Source: Camelus ferus (taxonomy: Eukaryota). Taken from it: DNA of 64,000 nucleotides. The stretch covers positions 83,516,001-83,580,000 of the forward strand of contig NC_045696.1 in the NCBI RefSeq assembly GCF_009834535.1, written 5' to 3'. The translations under genes and the position numbers were made by a program. Positions 14,488 through 23,294 of this stretch are shown piece by piece (the first letter of the stretch is position 1; each line of letters begins with the position of its first letter). The notes beneath the pieces were generated by a model. It did not search any database and was not told where the DNA came from. It worked only from the letters and a program-made list of their open reading frames with translations.

Positions 14488-14592
14488 CATATTGACATCG
14501 GGGTCCCTGAAAACCCTTGGAACACTGGCACCGCTGGGCTTCACCCTCTGAGTATCTCCTTCCATTGAAACAAGTCCCCATTGCAGAGACAG
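14488..14592 (-). CDS. EGFEM1: EGFEM1 coding-derived exon, first EGF-like module; 105 bp
   Basis: The acceptor is ccttttAG (14593-14594) and the donor is G|GTGAGT (14486-14487), phase 1-1 as is typical of EGF exons. It reads VSAMGTCFNGRRYSEGEAQRCQCSKGFQGPRCQY, containing the CxCxxGFxGxxC signature. Confidence 0.88.
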
Positions 14593-14789
14593 CTAAAAGG
14601 AAGGTGGACAAGGAGGTGGGGGAGAATGGACTTGAGGGAAAGAAAGAAAATCCCCAAGGCAAGCACCATGTTGCTAATATAGATGTAATCTAGAAACCTG
14701 TACCAGTTCCTCCATAGCCCCTCCGTGGAAAACAGTGTTTTCATCACAAAGTAATGCTGTCTGAATAAAGCCTTGTAGAACTCTGTACA

Positions 14790-14912
14790 TGGTAACTTCT
14801 ACATCACTTGAAGCTTTGTAGAAATGCCCCATTCCAGAGCTACTGAATCAGAATCCACATCTTAACAAGGTACTAGGTGATCTGTATTCATATTCAAGTT
14901 TGAGTAGCACTC
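14790..14912. mobile_element. MER5A-like hAT-Charlie MITE fragment
   Basis: tagaaatgc...ctactgaatcagaatc...ttaacaag...aggtgatc...aagtttgag. Confidence 0.7.
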
Positions 14913-15993
14913 ATCTAAAGAAAATCCATGGAGCATGTGATGGTGTAGCCAAAACAATATAAAAAACCAGCAAGAAATACTAATACCAGAGGCAAAAGAC
15001 TGTGCTAGATGCCATACAACAAGATAAAACTTTCATCTCACAGTCATTAATTTCCCAGACTGTGTAATACAGTTGAGATGATATCGCGGACAGATGGATG
15101 CGCTGAGCTTAAATCAGCCAGCTGCAGTGGCCCAGCCCTGCGTGCAAATACAGTGACCCTTGTGCATCCCTTCACATTAAGCCTGCTTAACATGGGAAGC
15201 CTGAGGCCACTTCACTAAGCTATTTCAAGAGCAGAAAGCACAGTGGGGAAGGAACCAGGATGCCGACAAAGTCCCGAAGATGCAGGATAACAGAAAAGAT
15301 GAATTGTTGTGCTGGGGCGCTGCACTGATTGCAACACACCGAAGCATTTTAAGTGACTTCGCAGTTACGGTAAACACACAGGTAAAGGAGTCTCTAACTG
15401 GAGCCGTTTCTCCTGGCATGGATGAACTATACAATGCCACTATTTCTGCTGCTGGAGTGCTGTCAAACATACTCCATAGGTTCTGGAATATCCTCACCAG
15501 AGGTTTAGAAAAGGACCGCACACCTCATCTTAAAAAGTAAACTGCTTCCAGAGTTCTGCAATTAATCATGACAAGCACAAGTCGAGAAATCCCATTTAGA
15601 TTTAGTACGGTGATTTCCCTCCGGACTTTTGAATCAACTGTGGATTACAAATGTGATGATATGGGAAAGGGGCAAACAGAAAAGGGAGATGGACATCAAG
15701 GTGTAACCTGTCTGGCTTTAAATAAACTGTCTTTTACATAAGGAGACAGAATATAAAGCAGCCGTTCTACGGGTTCTGATTTCAGACCTATCATTGGAAA
15801 CACTTCACAGAAAGGCTTTTTGTGCATTTTTGCACATGTTGTGTGTGCATTTTCAGTCCAAAGAGATGCTCTGAATCTGTGGTGATTCTAAAGATACCTA
15901 AAACTTGACAGGCATGATATGATTGAAGCCCAAAACAGAGTAAAACTGTTACTCCTAGTGACAGAGAGTCAGACAGGAAGAATTACAACTTAC

Positions 15994-16103
15994 AGCGGAG
16001 GCAGCCAGGTTCACTGTCCCGCCAGCTCCAACCAGGGCAGCGCCTGTAGATGGTCTGCTGCTCCATGCTGTATCCTTGTCTGTAGACAGTGTAAGACCAG
16101 GTC
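15994..16103 (-). CDS. EGFEM1: EGFEM1 coding-derived exon, C-terminal half of the EMI domain; 110 bp
   Basis: The acceptor is ttcttAG (16104-16105) and the donor is T|GTAAGT (15992-15993). It reads TWSYTVYRQGYSMEQQTIYRRCPGWSWRDSEPGCLR, matching the EMI pattern YRxxY...CCPGW...GC with one Cys changed to Arg. Confidence 0.88.
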
Positions 16104-16483
16104 CTAAGAAATACAGAACCTAGATTAGTCTTGCTTCCTCTAAAGGCCAAAGCTGTCATCTTAAACCCACTAAAAACTTCTCCCTTCAACCTAAATCCTC
16201 CCATTTATACACAAACACACAAATATATTATCTGTATATGTTATACATGCACGCATGCACTCACACACACCCCTCACTAAATATGTAACCAAGATTCAAT
16301 ATAGGTATAGTTATTGAAAATTAACAGGGACCTCCAGACCTATAGCAGAAACTATCCTAAGAGTTACTCAGGCTATCCAAAATGAAACCCCAAATTATGA
16401 AGAGAATAATGAAACCCTGCAGGATAACAAGGCACATGCTTTTCAACTCGACAGTGAAGGCCCCTCATATATTGGTCCCACGA

Positions 16484-16750
16484 CAGCACGCATTCTCAAC
16501 AGTGGTGACATCCCCCACAAGGGGGAGGCAATTAGTTCTTGGGTAGGAAGGGTGAAAAAACAATCTTAGCTAATACAAGAGTCAGTGGTCCTACAAACCT
16601 GCACAGTACATAAACAGAAATAAAACGCATCAGTGTTATTAAAACTTCATGGGGAAAGGGGATGATTACTAAAATTTTTTTAAAGTTTACAAAGGCTCTT
16701 TTGTAGGGGGGAAATGACCAAAAAAGGCTGAAAAGGTTGAAAACACTACA
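16484..16750. mobile_element. hAT-Charlie non-autonomous DNA transposon
   Basis: Ends read cag..ttctcaac and ggttgaaaacacta; the interior has cacagtacataaacag...attaaaacttcatgggg. Confidence 0.55.
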
Positions 16751-17419
16751 CTATAGCTATTTGTGCTGACCTCTTAACAGAAAAAAATACCAAACATCTC
16801 TAAACTGGCTAAACTTCCTTTCTATCAAATTAATGTCATATTTATTCTTCATCCCCAAAGCAGTATATTCACTCCCCCTCACATACCTATTCCCATATCC
16901 CCAGCCCAAACCTCCTCATTCAAAGTCAAGGTCAAGTTTCACTTTCTCCAACTTTTCTTTCCCCATCATGTATATCACTCTTTCTCTCCTCTCAAAAGTA
17001 AGGCTTAATGGCTATACCATTTTTTATGGCACTTAATTTTTCACCATCTTGAAGTGTCTCCTAGTATTTCTGGATGTGTATCTCTCCAACAGGGATATAA
17101 GTCTAGGTGAGCATACTTACATACAAACCAAAGGGATACAAGTTTGGGAAAAAGGCCAAAGATCTTTTAACACAGCCTCAACTCCAAACTCAGTGTCATA
17201 AATATCTGCTGAATAAAGGAATGTATAAAACTACAAAGCTCTTGAAAATAAAAATATAAAACACGTTTTCCTCATTCATGTTTGCTTTCTCAAGTCTGAA
17301 TGTCTACAGGTAGTGAACTTACTTTGGTTCAGTCTAATATCAACAATGGTTAAACCTCTGGGAGGAGGACCAAAAAATCTACGTGAAAAGCCATTTTCAA
17401 AAGCAGGTTCTCTAATGAA

Positions 17420-17610
17420 CAAACGTATTGAGTACCTACTATGTACCAGGCATGATGCCACATGTGTGAAATACGTTTTCAGTGAGTCCTCATAATACCC
17501 ATGTGTGGTGGTATTTTTCTAACTTTACAGACTGAGGCACAGAGAAATAGAGGAACTTTCCCAGTGCTATACAGCTGGGAAAAGTCAGGAGAGGCTTTCC
17601 AATTTAAACT
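17420..17610 (-). mobile_element. MIR SINE
   Basis: tattgagtacctactatgtaccaggca...tttacagactgaggcacagaga. Confidence 0.8.
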
Positions 17611-17811
17611 TCATTTAAAGATCCAGAGTTTAGACTAACAACAAGAAGAACAACAAAACTATTCATCTGATAAGAATACAAAATGTATATGTAAATATTC
17701 ACAATTATACATGATGCAGTCTTATTTTATTTAGTCCTATATTATCAGTGTTCTGCCATTTCTATACAATGGCAAACCCAGTTATCTACAAATGTCCTCA
17801 ACTTTCTTTTA

Positions 17812-17892
17812 GCAGTAGTAGTAGTAGGAAGAAGGAGAAGGAGGGGGAGGGGGGAGGGAAAGGGAGGGGGGAAGAGGAGGAGGAGGAGAAGA
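17812..17892. repeat. Purine-rich low-complexity tract with G-runs
   Basis: agtagtagtagtaggaagaaggagaaggagggggagggggagggaaagggaggggggaagaggaggaggaggagaag. Confidence 0.9.
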
Positions 17893-18562
17893 ATTCATTA
17901 ATCTAAAGCCATGCTTTTTTTAACTTTAAGTATCCTGAATTCAGACCAAATTGATTCATTTATATAAAACTTGAACCCATTAGCGACTATTTGTATTAAG
18001 AGGTACTTAGATGTTTCATAAAACTATTTTAAGACTTTTTTTTTTAAATCCTTATGAAGCCTTAACATAGAAGCATGTACTTGCTTTGTCTCTCCTCCCC
18101 CAGCCAGCTGAGTGAACCCTAACTCAAAGGCCATAATACAGGTAAGAATCTCTAGGTTTCAAGGTATTACAAGAGAACCAAGGGCAAGTCAGATGGTGGT
18201 TCACAACCGTAGATGCCCTGGATCCAAGTCATGGTAAATTTAGCAAACCAACACAATATTCCTTGTTTCTGTCAGCCTGCTGACTTTCAGCTTTCAGTAG
18301 CCTATCTTGTCATGAGGTAAAATTAGAGGCATCTAATCCACTATAGCTCACATATAAATGAGGCCTCAAGTAAAGTAAGAATATATCCTGTTCCTAAAGG
18401 AAAATATATAACTCAGAAAAGTTCCTGGTGGGTGTATCTTGTGCATGTTTATTTAATTATGTAATTATTTTCTAAAATGTCTTGGGGTGAAATCTTCAGA
18501 TGCAGCTGAGGCTTTGGTTTTGATTTTGAGGAATTAAGAGGAAATAGCAGAAGCACTCTTAC

Positions 18563-18695
18563 CTTCCTTCATAACCCACACACCATCTTGGGCCCGTGCA
18601 GCCGTTTCCAGGTCTTGACGGTGTGTGTGGATGCTTGGACACATGGGTGTGCAAGTCCCACCACCATCAGTTTCTGTTCTTCACAAACATTTGGC
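18563..18695 (-). CDS. EGFEM1: EGFEM1 coding-derived exon, N-terminal half of the EMI domain; 133 bp, frameshifted
   Basis: The acceptor is a T-rich tract plus AG at 18696-18697 and the donor is AAG|GTAAG at 18561-18562. One frame gives PNVCEEQKLMVVGLAHPCVQASTHTVKTWK. After a single C the homologous GCTGPRWCVGYEGR continues in another frame. The unshifted frame hits TGA at 18569-18571. Confidence 0.85.
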
Positions 18696-20189
18696 CTTAA
18701 AAAAAAAAAAAAGAATAGTAATGCAATAAAAATAGATGGCTTTATGTTTTATTCATGAATCATTTGTTCCTTCATTTTCCACAAAAAGCTTGTGGTGACT
18801 TACATAGAGAAGGAGAGAAAAACACAGGCAATGAAAAAAAAAAAAATCAGGCCCAGGGGAAAAAAAAAATCAGAATAGATTTTTAAAACAAGGGAAAATT
18901 TAGAAAGACAAATATAAAAGTCATACGTTCCCATGTGCTTGAGCAAATCGAGGTGCAAATGATGTTCTGAGCTCTTTGGTAGCCAAAATGTAAAAAGACA
19001 CACAATTGCAAGATTCTCAATATCCATAAAGAAAAAGCAGGCTGATTCATCAAAAGAAGTTAAATTTTTCCTGGAAAATGTTTCTGAACAATATTTTCCA
19101 TTAGCATGTTTAGTTAGTTCAGCTTTACACATAATGCTTGTTTAAACACAAATATTTTTCAACCAGCACCATTCTATCAGTGTTTCCTTATAGGAAATTT
19201 ATACAAATTTAGAAGATTTTAGACATATTAAGCTTTAATTTTTAAATGCATTGGGCTAGATAGCACCTATCACCTGGGGCATCAGAATTAAATTCTATTG
19301 TAATTCGAAGAATGCTTTCCTTAGGGAGGAATGATTTACTAGTCCATACCAATTGTCTCGCGTTAGAAAACAATACTAATTATAATTAAACTTTTCATAC
19401 ATTCAAAGTCACCTGCATGCCGTACACTGACCTTCCTAAGGTCAGACTTTGATGTTCTTTTGTGCCATCAGGAAACTCCCAGTCTAGCTTAGTCTCCATA
19501 GGCACAATCTGCTGAAAACAGAAACGAGTTCCTGATTCAGGATTCTAGTCTGTCCCTAAGCAACTCTGAACTTGTCCAGTGATGACACAGGACAAAAGCG
19601 TCTGACAGTGCTTCCCGCACTAAAACCCGTTACCTCATCCTCCACAGCCACCGTCCCTTTCTGTGATCACTTCTTTCTGTGGTGCTAAATCTCACCATCT
19701 GATTTCACTTATAGTCCAATTCTCACTTTCAGATATATTTCTGAAAGGTGAATTTTTGGACTGTTAACTTCACCTAAACTGAATAAAATTCGTGTTGAAC
19801 GTTATTTATGAGTTTGCACAGCACACTAATGCTTTAGGTAAATACTGTAATAAAACAATAAAGGTATAAGTTCACATAAGTCAGGCATCCAGCAAATCAT
19901 CAAGAATTGGGCAGGGAGCCTAAAGAAACCCTATCTTTTAAATGCCATATTAGACTGTAAACTGCCTATACCTAAACTGTTATGTAGGCTTACCTGTTTT
20001 TTGAGAGCCAACTAATTCCAATTAGAACGAGCTCACCACACATTTGCTTTTTCGGTCAATAGTTTGAAAGCTTACACCTCATGAATCCTTGAACTCTATT
20101 TTGTAACCTACTTTTTATCTATTATTCTATTTAACCATTCATCCAGTCATTTATCCATTCAACAAATACTTACTGTCACCCACACATAC

Positions 20190-20580
20190 CAGAAGCTTCC
20201 CCTCACACTGAGGTTTGAGTATAAGTAGTTTACTTGGAAAGCGCAGAAAACACTAGTAAGGAAATGGTGAAATGAGACAGAGAAAGAGAGTCAGCCAATA
20301 AAAACATTCATTAGTAAGCCAGCTAACAATTCTAGTGACAAGCTCCCTAAATGAGTGAGGGAGCCGGGGCATTTATACACGAATTCTTATCAGTGATTGG
20401 TCGAGGCTACATCTTCTCCAGCATTTCAGGCAGAAGCACAGGTAGGCAGAGTGAGCGTCCAGAAGCCAAAGTTTAAGTTTTCAGGCACGGAAATGCAAAT
20501 GCTGGCAGCTGGAAATCTGACAGGTGTGCAGTGATGAAGGAGAGGGACATGGGTGCTGCACTGACGGTTTCAGCAGCAGA
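20190..20580 (-). mobile_element. LTR33/LTR16-like ERVL LTR
   Basis: tttgagtataagtagtttacttggaaag...gaaatgagacagagaaag...cagccaataaaa resemble the recalled LTR33 consensus. Confidence 0.6.
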
Positions 20581-20600
20581 GTGTACCAAGGAAAGGAAGT

Positions 20601-20710
20601 CCACGGTCACTTGGCACTATAACTGAATCATTTTGCTGTACACTTGAAACTAACACTGTAAATCAACTACACTTCAATAAAAAAAAAAATTCTTTAATTT
20701 AAATAAATAA
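20601..20710 (+). mobile_element. 5'-truncated L1 3' end with poly(A) and target-site duplication
   Basis: aactgaatcattttgctgtacacttgaaactaacactgtaaatcaactacacttcaataaaaa. It is flanked by aaggaaaggaagt (20588-20600) and aaggaaagtaagt (20711-20723). Confidence 0.85.
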
Positions 20711-20729
20711 AAGGAAAGTAAGTAAAAGC

Positions 20730-21090
20730 ACCTAAATAAATACAAATTGTGAAGTGCTAAGATGGAAGCAATCAGGGGCTGAAACAGAGATAAAGGAAGC
20801 TTACTAAGATTCACTAATTAGGAAAGCCTCACTGGGAAAGCTGACACTGTGACCTGAAAGGGTGAAATGAAAGAAGTCAGCCACAGGAGAGCCAGGGGAT
20901 GCCATTCAGGTGGAAAGAAACACAATGAGCAGAGGCTCTGAAAGGAGAAGACGCTTGGCCTCCAGAGATCTGAAAGAAGGCCAATTTGGCCCAAGTGATG
21001 AGAGCTTGGTAGGGCAAATAGGGTTTTTTCAGCCTGAGGAGTTTTGATGTTATTCTCAGGACACTGGAAACCACAGAGAGTTTATAGAAT
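20730..21090 (-). mobile_element. L2 fragment
   Basis: ggaaagcctcactggg...gacctgaaag...gaagtcagcca...gccattcaggtggaaagaaacac...gaggagttttgatgttattct. Confidence 0.7.
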
Positions 21091-21789
21091 TTTTATTTCT
21101 GGTCTCATTTGCTACAGATGGGACCTGGAGATGGACCTGTAATCCTCTCTGACACCAACTGTAGCTCTCCTCCTTGACAATGACTTAGGCTGTATCTGTT
21201 CCTGGGCCCTACAAGCTAACCACCCAGCCCAAACCAGCAATTGGCCTCCAAATCCCAGGAATCTCTCAAGCCTTTCTTAGGGTTTTCCTGATTCCTACAA
21301 AGAAAGAAGCCCCCAGGGGAAAGTTGTACCTTCAGGAGATCCAAAACCAGCAGCACCAGTTAACAAGGAAAGACACAGCACAAATTTTATGCATCGTAAG
21401 GAAAATGTATTAGATTAAAGTTTCTAGAAAATCACATGTAATCCAGATTGTCACCAAGTAAATTCTCTGATAACATCATAAGAAGCGTTACTGTGACTTC
21501 AGAACTTCACATATTATACAACTGAACCATAGTTAACAAGCAACATAGTTTTGGTTGAGATGAGTTTATTTTAGGTTAACTCATGTTGGGAATGTTTTGG
21601 TAAAGCAGTATCATCCTTGACTCCCAAGCAGATATGGCTAAATAAAGTCAGTCACTCGGTTATTCTGCAGGTGTCCTGAGTGTGTTTCAGTTAAAAAAAA
21701 TTAATATTCTTCCTTAACTACAAAAGCCAAAATTTCTAGCATTTAAAAGAGCCTGAACAAGGAATAAATATAGGGAGTCAAGTTTGCCA

Positions 21790-22150
21790 CTAAGATCCTC
21801 CCAGATATAATCACTGCTAATGATCTGATATATTAATATCCAATTCTTTCTGGGGACACACAAACATATTTTTTGCATGCATGGGTTCACAGTCTACTGT
21901 TTTTTTATACTGTGTAAAAAGTATTTTCTTAACTTAGCAAACAAAATGGTATGAATATTTTTCCATTTTGAAATTTGTAGAATTATTTTAACCCTTTTGA
22001 TTTTTTTCCAGAGTATGGGCTTATCAGAATAATACAGCAGAATTCATTTAGCCAGCAACCTACTGATACACATTTAGTTGTTTCTAAGTTTGTGACTATA
22101 AGCAACTGATGTCAGTCTCCTTACATAAACAACTGAATTACGGATCAACT
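21790..22150 (-). mobile_element. Old L1 3' UTR fragment
   Basis: cccagatataatcactgctaa...ctactgatacacatttagttgtttct. Confidence 0.55.
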
Positions 22151-22169
22151 TTTTTTCTTATATTTTCTT

Positions 22170-22858
22170 ATGAAATATTTGTTTCCTCCAAGTCTTTTTC
22201 AGTTCAAGATTTCTTTTAGTCTCTTCCTTTTATGCTTTAGGCTTTCTCAAGGATCAGATTATTGCCGCCTGTCTGTATTTAAGCACGAGGCACGGAAGCT
22301 GACTAGGAGTTCTGTATGATAGAAAGGGCTTATAACTGGTGGGCTCACTGTTAGGTGATTAGGGGTGAACTTTGTTTTTGAGAAGCTCCTGGATGCCCAT
22401 GTATGGAAATCTGATTTTTAGGGTCATTCAGTTTTTCCAGAAAAGTAGCCCCAATTTCCTGCCTGTGGAAGCAGACAGCTTGTGGCTGGTGCTTGGGGAC
22501 CAAACAGTGGAAGGGAGTCCTGCTGTTTTTAGCCCATATTCACCCCTGGGCAGTGCCAGTCTGCACCCTCCTGAAGCTTCTCTGGTTCTCATTCTCCAGA
22601 GAAAAGAACCAATCCCATTTCCCATTTTCTCTTTCTCTGTCGCTCTCTCTCTCTCTCTTTCACCACCCCACCTCCCCAAGTGGGAGTAGGGCACAGCTAT
22701 TTGTCCAGCTCTGCAGTTTGGAGAAAGGGACCTGGGATTCTACCAACTTTACATACAGCCTTTCAAACAACTCTCAGCCTCCAGCCCCACGCATCTCCCC
22801 TGTGTGTCACTTGCCTCCACTCTAAATGCTTAATGCTGAGCCTCTCCAGGGTTCCCTG
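22170..22858 (-). mobile_element. HAL1 (half-L1) fragment
   Basis: tatttaagcacgaggcac..aagctgact...actggtgggctcactgttaggtgat...ttcagtttttccaga...tcctgcctg match the recalled HAL1 consensus. Confidence 0.6.
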
Positions 22859-23294
22859 TGAAGGGACCAACGACGTGCCAGAATGCTATAAAGATTGCAT
22901 CAAAGTGAAACTATTTGAGCTACAGGTGCAGCAAGAAATCTTTTCTGAACTTCTCCTTTCTGACTGAAGTAGAGATTTACCAGAGTCGTCTGCCACAAGT
23001 GCCTCCCCACCCAGCACCCTGGGGAAGTCTCCCCTCACAGGGGCAACTGACCTGGGGAAGTGGGACATTTCAAAGCTAATCTGTATAAACAAACCTCATC
23101 AGAACCTTGCATCCTTTGAAGTTCTAAACCCTCCCCCCCCCCTTATTAAGCCAGTATATAAACCTTTATCCCTAGCTGTTCAGAGAGCTACTCCCTATAG
23201 AGTTTCTCCTATTAATCTTTCTGTTGTCAGTTAATTCACGGGCCCCTAAACACTTGAACCTAAGCTGGTAGAGAAAAAGATTTTCCTCCCAACA
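22859..23294 (+). mobile_element. 5' LTR of an ERV1 (MER34/MER39-like)
   Basis: It starts TGAAGGG and ends ttttcctcccaaCA, with a TATA-like agtatataaac. The end structure resembles the solo LTR at 44455-44970. Confidence 0.65.

Larger units (their letters stand above)
14488..18695 (-). pseudogene. EGFEM1: EGFEM1 (EGF-like and EMI domain containing 1; MEGF6 paralog), 3-exon segment, probably inactivated. The signal-peptide exon and downstream EGF exons were not found in the window.
   Basis: Three exons have canonical splice sites and compatible phases (2-2, 2-1, 1-1). They join to PNVCEEQKLMVVGLAHPCVQASTHTVKTWK/GCTGPRWCVGYEGR-TWSYTVYRQGYSMEQQTIYRRCPGWSWRDSEPGCLR-SVSAMGTCFNGRRYSEGEAQRCQCSKGFQGPRCQY, an EMI+EGF architecture. 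The recalled motifs PNVC, GPRWCVGYE, CPGW and DxEPGC fit Egfem1 better than MEGF6. There is a frameshift at 18603/18604. Confidence 0.85.

Noticed and set aside
18800..19132. Hydrophobic ORF end with an AT|GTAAGT donor ~108 bp upstream of the EMI exon, considered as a signal-peptide exon
   Set aside because: The phase fits, but the hydrophobicity comes from poly-T runs. It does not resemble the recalled Egfem1/MEGF6 N-terminus (...LQPGM), so it is probably chance. RNA-seq would settle it.
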